Below, in pieces: positions 9,183 through 18,312 of a stretch of DNA of 38,998 nt; within the stretch, counting starts at the first letter, position 1; each line of letters opens with the position of its first letter. Origin of the DNA: a phage; the NCBI GenBank assembly GCA_023343535.1, contig GCA_023343535.1_3944.1; one strand, given 5' to 3'. The notes beneath the pieces were generated by a model, which searched no databases, was not told the DNA's origin, and saw only the letters and a list, made by a program, of their open reading frames with translations. Position numbers and translations under genes: made by a program.

Positions 9183-11160
9183 AGGTCGTAAATTGAAAGA
9201 GGCTGGTCAGTTTATTGGCCATTGTGCATGTCCACGTTGTGGTTCATCAGATGCTGGTTCAATCTATCATCATGACGATGACTCTTATTCGATGACTTGC
9301 TTTAGTTGTAACAAAGGTTTCCCAGAGTGGGATTTTGATAAAGGACAAATCGTGAGCACTTATTCTACTGGTTCAGACAATAAAAACCGTACTTTCCGTG
9401 GAATGGATTTAGACGATGTAAAAGAAAACCTAGAAGCAATGGACTTGAAAGACAGGAAGATTCCTGCAAAAGTCCTTGAACGCTTAGGTATAAAGGTTGA
9501 CATTGACAGTGATGGTGAAATTGATGCGCACTTCTACCCAACTTACAAACGTAATGAAGATGGTAAGCTAGAACATGTTGGCTACCGTGTTCGTCACCGT
9601 TACCCAGAAGACCATCCAAAAGAACACCTACGAGGTAAGCTAAAAGACTTCTCAGGTGGTGTTGGAGACATTAAAGGTGAACTGGCAATGTTCGGTTCAT
9701 GGATTGCTCCAGAAGGTGGTAACCGTCTATTCATCTGGGAAGGTGAGATGGAATGTGCGACAGCAATCTATATGACTTCTCTTGCGATTAAGGACAAGTC
9801 TCGTCGTAAGAATTACTGTCACGTATCTGTTCCATCGGGTGCAAACATTAAGTCTATCAAAGACAACTATCAGTACATCACATCATTTGATGAGATTTAC
9901 TTGTGCTTTGATAATGATGAAGCAGGTGCTAAAGCTACCAAAGAGGCTGCTGGTATCCTTCCGATTGAGAAGGTTCGTTTATTCCAGTATCCAGAGGGTG
10001 TAAAAGACCTTAACGAATGGTGGACAAAGTTCTATAAAGAGAAAGATACAGTTCTGGAAGGATTTAAGCAGCGTATCTACAATGCACCTCGTTACTGTCC
10101 TGCTGGTATCAAGAACTTCGCAGATGGTTTTGAGGCAATGAAGAATCGTGGTCAGATTCCATTGATTCCTTTCCCAGAATCTTTCGGAGATTTGAACAGA
10201 CTGACTTATGGTGGTTATGGTCTAGGTGAGATTACAACTCTGGCAGCACCATCTTCAGTGGGTAAATCAGCATACACTCGTGAAATGATTTACACAGCTT
10301 GGAAAGATACAGATTACAATATTGGTGTAATTCCTGTAGAGGATACCTATGAAGAGTTGATGGAGATGCTCTGTGCAATCCACCTGAGCAAGCAGATTTC
10401 TGAGATTCCTTATGACGAACGCGATTGGGATGAATTGAAGGAAGCACACGCAGAACTGTCTAAAGGTCGTCGTATCCACATCGTAGACCATCAAGGGGCA
10501 ATTGACCAAGATAACTTGCTGGAGTTTGTTGACTACCTTGTTAACAGCTTAGACTGTAAGATTATTATTCTTGACCCTATTACGTTGGCTCTGTCACGTT
10601 CAGATACGGATGAAGAGGAAGTTTTGTCTGAGCTATTGCGTCGTTGCAAACGCTACCAGTATGCACAAGTGAACGTCTGTCACGTTCGTAAGAGTGCAGG
10701 TGGTCAGAAGGCTAACTCTGAAGGTGGGGATATCTCTGAAGAGGATATTAAAGGCTCTGGTGCGTATTTCCAGATTTCTATGAACAACATTCTGTTAATG
10801 CGTAACAAGGTTGACCCAGACCCTGTTAAGAAAAACTTGACAAAAATCAAGTTAACTAAATGTCGTCGTCACGGTAAGTCAACGGGTATTGCTGGTCATA
10901 CTTGGTACAATCCAGATACAGGACGTCTCATTAAAGCATCTGGTTGTGGAGTTGACATTGATGGTGCAGCAGAAAATATTCGCCAACAGTTTGGCATTGG
11001 TGAAGCTGAAGACCATTACGATGACTCTTTGCCACATTATGAGGATGAAGTGTTTGACCGTGAGACTGGTGAAGTCTATACTGAAGAGCAGCGTCAAAGC
11101 TCAACGATTCCACCTGTATTAAGTGAGGATGCAGATGACTGCCCATTCGAAACTGAGTGA
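9175..11160 (+). CDS. bifunctional DNA primase-helicase (T7 gp4-like)
   Basis: Cys4 zinc finger CACPRCGSSD...CFSCNKG; TOPRIM IWEGEMECA and FDNDEAG; DnaB-type Walker A AAPSSVGKSAYT. ORF-track start 9169 is GTG; ATG at 9175 has AAGAGG 5 nt upstream. Confidence 0.9.
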   Translation: MSKGRKLKEAGQFIGHCACPRCGSSDAGSIYHHDDDSYSMTCFSCNKGFPEWDFDKGQIVSTYSTGSDNKNRTFRGMDLDDVKENLEAMDLKDRKIPAKVLERLGIKVDIDSDGEIDAHFYPTYKRNEDGKLEHVGYRVRHRYPEDHPKEHLRGKLKDFSGGVGDIKGELAMFGSWIAPEGGNRLFIWEGEMECATAIYMTSLAIKDKSRRKNYCHVSVPSGANIKSIKDNYQYITSFDEIYLCFDNDEAGAKATKEAAGILPIEKVRLFQYPEGVKDLNEWWTKFYKEKDTVLEGFKQRIYNAPRYCPAGIKNFADGFEAMKNRGQIPLIPFPESFGDLNRLTYGGYGLGEITTLAAPSSVGKSAYTREMIYTAWKDTDYNIGVIPVEDTYEELMEMLCAIHLSKQISEIPYDERDWDELKEAHAELSKGRRIHIVDHQGAIDQDNLLEFVDYLVNSLDCKIIILDPITLALSRSDTDEEEVLSELLRRCKRYQYAQVNVCHVRKSAGGQKANSEGGDISEEDIKGSGAYFQISMNNILLMRNKVDPDPVKKNLTKIKLTKCRRHGKSTGIAGHTWYNPDTGRLIKASGCGVDIDGAAENIRQQFGIGEAEDHYDDSLPHYEDEVFDRETGEVYTEEQRQSSTIPPVLSEDADDCPFETE

Positions 11161-11230
11161 TAGTTATAAAAGAGAGGGGTTCACACCCTTCTTTGAAGGA
11201 AAAAGTTTAAATAAATTTCAGGAAGAGTGT

Positions 11231-11259
11231 TTGACAAAGATTGATAGGTTCTATAGAAT
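11231..11259 (+). promoter_or_regulatory. sigma70-like promoter, TTGACA-N17-TAGAAT
   Basis: TTGACA 11231-11236, 17-bp spacer, TAGAAT 11254-11259. Confidence 0.45.
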
Positions 11260-11412
11260 GCTCCTCATGAAATGCGATGGGGAAGTTGAGATAAAAGAAG
11301 ATTTCCACCAGAGCATGATTACAGTCATCATTGCGCTGCCTCAGCATAATATTAGCTGGCTGTTTATAATTAAAGAAAATGTGTTTGAATATCAAGTATA
11401 TCGGAGAATATC

Positions 11413-11562
11413 ATGAAACACTCTAAAGCATTTGAAAAAGTTTTTGAGGATTCCTTAAAAGCCACTGCTGGAAAACCAGCAAAATACTATGAAGAAAAAC
11501 GTGTAAGAACTGGAAAAACTGCACGTAAAGCAGCTTCTAAAGATAAGCACAACTTCCAGTAA
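11413..11562 (+). CDS. candidate small lysine-rich protein (49 aa)
   Basis: GGAGA 5 nt upstream of ATG; translation MKHSKAFEKVFEDSLKATAGKPAKYYEEKRVRTGKTARKAASKDKHNFQ. Below the ORF-track cutoff. Confidence 0.35.
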   Translation: MKHSKAFEKVFEDSLKATAGKPAKYYEEKRVRTGKTARKAASKDKHNFQ

Positions 11563-11569
11563 TTAGTAT

Positions 11570-11598
11570 TTGACAATAGAGTATCAACAAATTAGAAT
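11570..11598 (+). promoter_or_regulatory. sigma70-like promoter, TTGACA-N17-TAGAAT
   Basis: TTGACA 11570-11575, 17-bp spacer, TAGAAT 11593-11598; about 37 nt upstream of the ATG at 11635. Confidence 0.5.
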
Positions 11599-11634
11599 TG
11601 GTACTCTTCATAAATTGAGATAGAGGTTTAAATA

Positions 11635-12492
11635 ATGTCTAAAGTTGTTAAAATGAAAGCTCCGGTAGAGAAGTACAATGGTACTGAACGTCAAACTCTG
11701 CGTTACCTGCTGAAAGATGTCTGGTTTTATTACCTGAACACTTCACCACGTCCGGGAAAAGGTAAATCTATTGATAAGAAATTCCCAGGAAAAGATTGTA
11801 ACTACAGCGTATCAATTCTGGCAGAAGACGGTAACAAACTATTTAAAGAGTTTACTAAGTCTAAGAAAAATCCAGAAGGCTGGGATAAAGTTACTACTGA
11901 AGCAGTTGATGCAGATGACTTCGAAGAGAAGTTTGGTTGTAAACCACCTTTTGAAGCAGACACTTACTACATCTTGAAAGTAAGTCGTGCAGCAGCTTAT
12001 AAAGATGGTGCTGTATGGACAGCTAAACAGTCATTCCCTGTAATGCTGATTGAAGAAGTAAATGGTAAGCGCGTAGCTGTTAAGCAGCCGATGAAGAAAA
12101 TCAAAGCTCAAGCATCTGATAAACATGAAGATGACAAGAACTATGACGTAATTCATCCAGATATCGCAGTTGGTAACGGTTCTTTTGGTAGTGTGATTCT
12201 TTCTACTCACTTCTACACTTTTGAGAACAATGTTCTGACAAAACCTATTCAGGAACAGTTTATCATTGATACTCTTGTACCTTACACTGGTGGTAACGGT
12301 GCTAATGGTGAACCTGAACTTGATGAAGATGAACTGGCTATGCTTGGTCTTGATGGTGTTGAAGATAACGGTGAAATCACTGAAGAAGACGCAACAGACC
12401 ATAAATCCTCGAATGCTTCTGATGATGGTGATGATGAAGATTTGCCAGACCCAGATGACGAAGAAGATGAAGACTTCGATACAGAAGACTAA
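11635..12492 (+). CDS. putative single-stranded DNA-binding protein (T7 gp2.5-like, acidic C-terminal tail)
   Basis: Extremely acidic C-terminus DDGDDEDLPDPDDEEDEDFDTED ending near an aromatic residue; position between primase-helicase and exonuclease. Assignment rests on architecture, not motif. Confidence 0.45.
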   Translation: MSKVVKMKAPVEKYNGTERQTLRYLLKDVWFYYLNTSPRPGKGKSIDKKFPGKDCNYSVSILAEDGNKLFKEFTKSKKNPEGWDKVTTEAVDADDFEEKFGCKPPFEADTYYILKVSRAAAYKDGAVWTAKQSFPVMLIEEVNGKRVAVKQPMKKIKAQASDKHEDDKNYDVIHPDIAVGNGSFGSVILSTHFYTFENNVLTKPIQEQFIIDTLVPYTGGNGANGEPELDEDELAMLGLDGVEDNGEITEEDATDHKSSNASDDGDDEDLPDPDDEEDEDFDTED

Positions 12493-12510
12493 TCTCTAAA
12501 AGTTACTTTA

Positions 12511-12538
12511 AAGCCCTGTACTTAGTATGGGGCTTTTT
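12511..12538 (+). terminator. intrinsic terminator
   Basis: AAGCCCT / GGGGCTT stem, 11-nt loop, TTTTT. Confidence 0.45.
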
Positions 12539-12554
12539 CATATGGAGAGCCATA

Positions 12555-13595
12555 ATGGAGAAGTACACATTAACAAAACTTCCCGATTCAGTTACACATG
12601 TTTTTATTGACTCTGACAGTATTGCCTATAAAGGTGCTTGTGTAGTTGAGAAAGCAAAATATAAATATGTCAATAAACTCACAGCAGAAGAATCTGAACC
12701 ATTTGATAATGCGAAAGATGCTGCAAGATGGTTAGCAGACCAGAGAATCCTTGTGGAAGAACTTGGCCTGACATTTGATGAAGATGAATGGGAAAGACAG
12801 ACTTGGAAAGAAGCTAAGAGTGAAAAAGAAGCTATCATGGCTACTCAACAGGTTCTTCAGGAATGGCTTAAGGTTGTTGGTAAAGAGAGAACTTGGGTAG
12901 GTTATTTAACAGAGAAAGGTGTGCATAAACATAAAGACATTAAAGGTCTTGAGCACCAATATCAAGGTAACCGTAAAGATGCTGTCACACCAACACACTT
13001 AGTCGCTTGTCGTGAATATCTTTTATCCAGACCAGAGTTCAAGCTCTTAAAGGGTGGCTTCGAAGCCGATTCAATCGTAATTGCTAAAGCTGAAAAGATG
13101 GGTAAGAAAGCTGCTCTTATGAGTATTGACAAAGACCTTCGACAAGCTGAAGGGACGTATTGTATTGATATGACTTATGAAAAGTCACCACTAATTTTTA
13201 TCGCTGACAATAATGTTGGTGATATCTGGGATTGCCCTATCAAATCAAAACCAAAAGCTGCAAAAACAGTTGGTGTAGGTTTTAAATTCTTGTGTTATCA
13301 GGCTGTTGCTGGGGATAATGCAGACAACTACTTTGGTCTTAAAGGTGCTGGTAAAGTAGCTGTGATGAACGCTTTAGAGGGTAAAGAGACCTACAAAGAG
13401 TGTCTTGATGCTATCTATGAACTCTATGCTAAAAAAGAGTCTTACACCTATGTATCATGGGATGGACAGACTGTTACAAAGACACCGTTAGAGTTAATGG
13501 AACAGCATTTCTGGGTGGCATATCAAGAGAGAAATCCAAAAGATAATTTCTCTTTTAAGAAATATAATTGGGAGCCGTGTATGAATGAAGATTAA
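12555..13595 (+). CDS. 5'-3' exonuclease / flap endonuclease (T7 gp6-like)
   Basis: VFIDSDSIAY, SIDKDL and AGDNADNYFGLKGAGK resemble the T7 gene 6 exonuclease blocks (VMDGDW, SCDKDF, GDxxDxYxGIxGxG). Confidence 0.6.
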   Translation: MEKYTLTKLPDSVTHVFIDSDSIAYKGACVVEKAKYKYVNKLTAEESEPFDNAKDAARWLADQRILVEELGLTFDEDEWERQTWKEAKSEKEAIMATQQVLQEWLKVVGKERTWVGYLTEKGVHKHKDIKGLEHQYQGNRKDAVTPTHLVACREYLLSRPEFKLLKGGFEADSIVIAKAEKMGKKAALMSIDKDLRQAEGTYCIDMTYEKSPLIFIADNNVGDIWDCPIKSKPKAAKTVGVGFKFLCYQAVAGDNADNYFGLKGAGKVAVMNALEGKETYKECLDAIYELYAKKESYTYVSWDGQTVTKTPLELMEQHFWVAYQERNPKDNFSFKKYNWEPCMNED

Positions 13596-14082
13596 AGGAT
13601 TTGGCAATTGCCCCACCTATGGTCATTGGGTATCTTTATGTGGGGAAGTTGACCCCACTAAACATTTTGGCTTTGTCTATTTAGTACACTGTAAGAAGAC
13701 CGGACAATATTATATCGGAAAGAAACAACTTAACAGTGTGACAAAAAGAAAAGTTGCTGGGAAGACTCGGAAGAAGGTAGTCACTAAGGAGAGTGATTGG
13801 ATGACTTACGAAACATCTTCTGAGTATATTAAAAAAGATATTGAGAGTTTTGGAAAAGAGTCTTTTGACTTTTACATTATCCAAACCTACTACACAAAAG
13901 GTGGTCTAGTTTATGGTGAAGCAAACCTTCAACATAAGTTCGATGTAATGACAAAAAGGATTGACTCGAAGCTCAGACTCTTCTACAATGCCAATATTGC
14001 AGCAATTAAGTTTATTACTAAAGAAACTTATGAAGATGCTGAAAAAAGAATCCATAAGGTAATGAAAGCAAATTGTGCTTGA
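13585..14082 (+). CDS. GIY-YIG nuclease-like protein (possible homing endonuclease)
   Basis: GFVYLVHCKKTGQYYIGKK matches the GIY-(x10)-YIG spacing; overlaps the exonuclease stop. Confidence 0.4.
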   Translation: MKIKGFGNCPTYGHWVSLCGEVDPTKHFGFVYLVHCKKTGQYYIGKKQLNSVTKRKVAGKTRKKVVTKESDWMTYETSSEYIKKDIESFGKESFDFYIIQTYYTKGGLVYGEANLQHKFDVMTKRIDSKLRLFYNANIAAIKFITKETYEDAEKRIHKVMKANCA

Positions 14083-14103
14083 TAACTATTGAGAGAGAAT
14101 AAA

Positions 14104-14352
14104 ATGTTTAACAAAAGTAAAGCTGTGAGTCATGTAGCAAAAGTTGACAGCAAGATTGAAGAACTTGAGCGCATCCTTGCAAATGCTAGAGAGTCAATAC
14201 TCAAAGAAGTTGAAGCTGTTGAATCTCAAATGCAGCACCTAATGCTTAAACGTCAAGAGCTACGTGAGCATCTAGAATATATTGAAACACGAGAGCTAAA
14301 GGTTAACAAATATTTTAAGGAGTCCGAATGTTTAACTCAAGAGAATCAGTAA
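14104..14352 (+). CDS. small coiled-coil protein
   Basis: ORF-track start 14089 is TTG; ATG at 14104 follows GAGAGAG. Confidence 0.45.
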   Translation: MFNKSKAVSHVAKVDSKIEELERILANARESILKEVEAVESQMQHLMLKRQELREHLEYIETRELKVNKYFKESECLTQENQ

Positions 14353-15083
14353 AAAACTGGAACCTTCGTTGTGGAAACACTCAAAAGCAACCTTACAGTG
14401 ATGAGTATTGGGAATCTTTAAAATCTCAATCTCTGTGTATGCTTGAAGAAGCAAAAGAGCTTGTAAAAGCAATTGAAGAGAAAGACCCCATTGAGACACT
14501 GGATGCTCAGGCGGATTTGCAATATGTTCTTGACGGATTGATTTATCTGTCACAACATGACCATAACGGTGCTATGAAAGCTGTTTGCCATAATAATGAC
14601 CTGAAGTACACAGATGACTATGAAGAAGCTTTAAAACGTCTTGCAGACATTGAAAAGCGTACTGGTCAAGAGTGTATTATCAGAATGTCAGTAGTTGATG
14701 GTAAAGAGTGGTATGCGATTGTTCGTGCAGCCGATGGGAAGATTATGAAGCAATCAAATCTCCCTAAAGTACAGCTTGGTGAATACATTGTAGAGCTTGA
14801 AAGCCAAGAACTTTTTGTGGTAGTATCTGAGACATGCGTTATCTGCAAAGGTATTGTAGGTAGCTTAAAGGATTTGGATGTAGATGGTTTTGTAGAAGTT
14901 AATCCAATTACCTCTAAAGCAGATAAAGACTTCTGTAAAGAGAACGGACTATGGATTGCAGATATTGTCTACTATGATGGTGAGCAGTTCCATGTAACCT
15001 CATACCCGAAACTGAATTATGATGCTAATAACCTGAAGTGCTGGTTAAAAGGGGTTGGTTATAATGGATTCACAGAACATTAA
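14328..15083 (+). CDS. hypothetical protein
   Basis: 251-aa ORF with AAGGAG Shine-Dalgarno. Confidence 0.5.
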   Translation: MFNSRESVKNWNLRCGNTQKQPYSDEYWESLKSQSLCMLEEAKELVKAIEEKDPIETLDAQADLQYVLDGLIYLSQHDHNGAMKAVCHNNDLKYTDDYEEALKRLADIEKRTGQECIIRMSVVDGKEWYAIVRAADGKIMKQSNLPKVQLGEYIVELESQELFVVVSETCVICKGIVGSLKDLDVDGFVEVNPITSKADKDFCKENGLWIADIVYYDGEQFHVTSYPKLNYDANNLKCWLKGVGYNGFTEH

Positions 15084-15387
15084 TAAAGAAGGTGTGGCTC
15101 AGAAGAGCCACTTCTCAAACTACAATATTTCTATGACGGTGTTTATGAATGACCCGTTACTAGAAAAATATGGTGAGACTCCAGATACACTTCTGGACAA
15201 TGAACAAGTTTTAAAAGCAGTCCTGTACAAATACGGGATTGATATTGAGAAAGAGTATTCCTTTGAAATCTGCCAACACAGGAATACTTTCGGTAAAGTT
15301 GTGATGGCTCCACTCTTTATGGGTGTAGAAAGGACTGACTATGGTTGGTTGTATCTAAAAAGAAACTTGGAGAAATACCGTGTCTAA
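15064..15387 (+). CDS. hypothetical protein
   Basis: ORF-track start 15055 is TTG; ATG at 15064. Confidence 0.45.
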   Translation: MDSQNINKEGVAQKSHFSNYNISMTVFMNDPLLEKYGETPDTLLDNEQVLKAVLYKYGIDIEKEYSFEICQHRNTFGKVVMAPLFMGVERTDYGWLYLKRNLEKYRV

Positions 15388-15718
15388 AGCAAAAAAGCTA
15401 TCTTATGATGACATTATCTCAGGTGTTAAGCTAGGTGTTGACAGCATCGGACAAGACGTTAAGCACGGAGACACAGTTATGTACTGTGATGACCGAAGAG
15501 GTAGAAGTGCAATCTTGTTTGGAAGAGTTGTTTGCAAGATGCGAGGTAATTACGTTGTTGCAGACATGGATGTGAACGTTACACAAAAACTTGAAACAAT
15601 TATGGATGATAATACATCATCATGGTTCTCCCTGAATTGTATGCACACTTCTTCAGTCACAAAGGTAAGTGATAAGTTTTATGATATGTGGCAGAATGAG
15701 CAAATTTTCAAGATTTAA
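15380..15718 (+). CDS. hypothetical protein
   Basis: GTG start overlapping the upstream stop; GGAG 7 nt upstream. Confidence 0.4.
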   Translation: MSKAKKLSYDDIISGVKLGVDSIGQDVKHGDTVMYCDDRRGRSAILFGRVVCKMRGNYVVADMDVNVTQKLETIMDDNTSSWFSLNCMHTSSVTKVSDKFYDMWQNEQIFKI

Positions 15719-15724
15719 ACTAGG

Positions 15725-15747
15725 GAGCCTCTTCGGAGGCTCTTTTC
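15725..15747 (+). terminator. intrinsic terminator (UUCG tetraloop)
   Basis: GAGCCTC-TTCG-GAGGCTC then TTTTC. Confidence 0.6.
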
Positions 15748-15764
15748 ATCTGTAGGATTCAAAA

Positions 15765-17999
15765 ATGATTAAGACAATTAAAAAATCAAATGGTACAGTA
15801 GTAAGCTTTGACCCAGAAAGACTGAATAAATGGGCATCATGGGCAGATAAGCGTGGAATTATCTGGTCAGAAGTCACTATGGAAGCCATGAAACGTGTCT
15901 ATGAGGGTTGCACTACAAAAGAGATGCACCAAGCCATGATTGATGTTTGTGTTGATAAACAAACTCAAGAGTACTCAGATATGGCTGGACGACTGCTTTT
16001 GGGTATTATCTACAAAGAAGCCTTTGGAGGCTTTACTAAGGTTCCTACGCTGGTTACCTTCGTTAAAAACATGGAGAGGGCGGGACTTTGGGAGAAGATG
16101 GACTATTCACAGGAAGAGCTTGAATACCTGCAAGGTTACATCGTACACTCAAAAGATATCTCTTACGGTTATGCAGTCTTGAAACAGTTCAGAGACAAGT
16201 ATGGTATCCGTGATATTAAAACGGGAAGACTTTTTGAGTCACCACAATTTATGTTTATGGGTATGGCTATGAAAGCCTTTGAGAAGCAGCCAAAGCACCG
16301 TAGGCTACAAGATGTTATCAAGCTGTACACTTATCTATCTGACCTGAAGATTAACGCCCCTACGCCTTATTTAAATGGCTTAAGAGCAACTAAATCAGGT
16401 TATGCGTCATGCTGTTTGATTAAGGCAAATGATACTGCTGAGTCTCTCGGTATTGCTGCAAAGGTTGCTTATGATATGACCACAAAGCAAGCTGGTATTG
16501 GTATGCTGATGGAGACACGTACTATTGGTGATGGTATCCGTCAAAATACGATTGAGCACATGGGTAAGCTACCTTATTACAAGCTTGTACGTTCATCTGT
16601 AGAGGCAAACAAACAGAAGAGTCGTGGTGGTTCAGCTAATAACTTCTACACTGCTCTAGACCCGCAGATTGAAGATTTACTGCGTTTGAAGCACCCTACA
16701 ACGGTTCCTTCCAAACGTATTAATGAGATGGACTACTCATTCGGCACAAACGATTATTTCTGGCAGTGTGTTCAGTATGATACAGATTGGTTGCTATTCT
16801 CTTACAAAGATGCACCAAAACTCTATGACATGTTCTACACAGCATCTGCTGATGAGTTTGCTATGGCAGTTGGTCACGCAGTACATTCAGGAGTTAAGCA
16901 CAGACGAGTAAAGGCTCGTGAAATTGCTAAGCTGTTTATTCAACAGCGTTATGCTACAGGTCGTGTGTATCCATTCTTCACAAATAATGCGAACACACAT
17001 ACACCATTTAAAGAACCATTGAAGATGTCAAATCTTTGTATGGAAATTGTATTGCCAGTGTATGGTTTTGAGAAAGAGACAGACCTTTACAGAGACGATG
17101 CTGTGAAAGAGGATGGTGAGGTGGCTCTTTGCTTCCTAGCTAGTTTGGTTGCAGGGAGAATTTCAGAAGATGAATACGCTGACGTTGCTTATTATGCTCT
17201 TGCAATGGTTGACTCCGTTATTGACCTTATGGATTATCCGTATCCGTCGATGCGTAACCATGTTCAGAAGCGTCGTTCTGTTGGGATTGGCCTTACAAAT
17301 GTGGCTCATTACCTTGCGAAGAACTACGTGAACTACTCTTCACGAGCAGGTAAAACGAAACTTCATGAACTTGCAGAGATGCACTCTTACTATCTGCATG
17401 AAGCCTCTCTGAGACTTGCTAAAGAGCGTGGCGTTCCAGAGTACATGAAGTTCACTAAGTATCCTGAAGGCTGGGTTCCTCCAAAGACAGCTAACAAGAA
17501 GATTGATGAAAAGCATGATGCAAAACTACGATATGATTGGGATGACTTATCACAACGTATCAAAGAAAATGGTGGAATCCGAAACTCTGTATTAGAAGCT
17601 TACATGCCTAATGAGAGTTCTTCACTAGCAACTAATACGACAAACGGCTTGTACCCAATTCGTGACTTTATTTTAACTAAAAAGTCTGCAACTGGTAACG
17701 TACTGTTTATTGTTCCAGATTATGAAGAGTTGAAGTATGTCTATGAAATTGCTTGGGGTATCGACACCTTTGATATGATTGATTGTTATGCAATTGTTCA
17801 AAAGTTCACTGGTCAAGCTATCTCTTCAGACTTCTATGTTGACTATGCAAAGTCTAAGAAGGTATCATTAGCTCAAGCTTTGAAGTACATGATTTATGCC
17901 AACTCGGTAGGTATGAAAACCATGTACTACCTTAACAGTCGCATTGGTGTAGGTAAATCTGCACTGCAAGATGCTTATTGCGAGGGTTGTGGTGTTTAG
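15765..17999 (+). CDS. nrdA: ribonucleotide reductase class I, large subunit
   Basis: N-terminal ATP-cone-like segment (IKKSNGTVVSFDPERLNKW); NLCMEIVLP active-site block; 744 aa. Confidence 0.9.
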   Translation: MIKTIKKSNGTVVSFDPERLNKWASWADKRGIIWSEVTMEAMKRVYEGCTTKEMHQAMIDVCVDKQTQEYSDMAGRLLLGIIYKEAFGGFTKVPTLVTFVKNMERAGLWEKMDYSQEELEYLQGYIVHSKDISYGYAVLKQFRDKYGIRDIKTGRLFESPQFMFMGMAMKAFEKQPKHRRLQDVIKLYTYLSDLKINAPTPYLNGLRATKSGYASCCLIKANDTAESLGIAAKVAYDMTTKQAGIGMLMETRTIGDGIRQNTIEHMGKLPYYKLVRSSVEANKQKSRGGSANNFYTALDPQIEDLLRLKHPTTVPSKRINEMDYSFGTNDYFWQCVQYDTDWLLFSYKDAPKLYDMFYTASADEFAMAVGHAVHSGVKHRRVKAREIAKLFIQQRYATGRVYPFFTNNANTHTPFKEPLKMSNLCMEIVLPVYGFEKETDLYRDDAVKEDGEVALCFLASLVAGRISEDEYADVAYYALAMVDSVIDLMDYPYPSMRNHVQKRRSVGIGLTNVAHYLAKNYVNYSSRAGKTKLHELAEMHSYYLHEASLRLAKERGVPEYMKFTKYPEGWVPPKTANKKIDEKHDAKLRYDWDDLSQRIKENGGIRNSVLEAYMPNESSSLATNTTNGLYPIRDFILTKKSATGNVLFIVPDYEELKYVYEIAWGIDTFDMIDCYAIVQKFTGQAISSDFYVDYAKSKKVSLAQALKYMIYANSVGMKTMYYLNSRIGVGKSALQDAYCEGCGV

Positions 18000-18054
18000 T
18001 TTTAACAACTATGAGGGTCGTAAAAGACCCTCTAAAAATAACTTTGGAGAGACC

Positions 18055-18312
18055 ATGAAAGACTTAATAGAAAAACATGAGCGGCCTATATACTTGCTCC
18101 ACAAGCCTCGGAAAACGATGTACTATGTGAGTAGCACAGATATGATGATAAAACAAAATGATGACTCATGGGTTGCTGGTATCTCTTACATCTCTACAGC
18201 AGATGGTAAAATCTACGCAAGACCTTATGAGATGTTTAACAAAGAAAACTGGGAAGTTTTAGACAGAAAACAAGCCCTAGAAATGATAAAGAAAGGAGAA
18301 ATCACGCTATGA
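18055..18312 (+). CDS. hypothetical protein
   Basis: ORF-track start 17971 overlaps nrdA; ATG at 18055 follows GGAGAG. Confidence 0.45.
   Translation: MKDLIEKHERPIYLLHKPRKTMYYVSSTDMMIKQNDDSWVAGISYISTADGKIYARPYEMFNKENWEVLDRKQALEMIKKGEITL

Noticed and set aside
9365-11146. Several 60-97-aa ORFs on both strands inside the primase-helicase gene (for example 9365-9619, 10232-10509, 10879-11146)
   Set aside because: Embedded in a gene with unambiguous zinc-finger/TOPRIM/Walker A motifs; no Shine-Dalgarno sequences; likely non-coding.
11123-11416. 97-aa plus-strand ORF spanning the helicase 3' end
   Set aside because: It overlaps the helicase stop, then reads through a stem-loop and a TTGACA-N17-TAGAAT promoter (11231-11259); the promoter followed by the well-initiated small ORF 11413-11562 explains this region better.
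11635-12492. Acidic-tailed protein considered as an Ocr-like DNA-mimic anti-restriction protein
   Set aside because: The acidity is confined to the C-terminal ~40 residues while the body is of ordinary composition, and the gene sits between primase-helicase and exonuclease exactly where T7-like phages encode SSB; an SSB-like call is more consistent.
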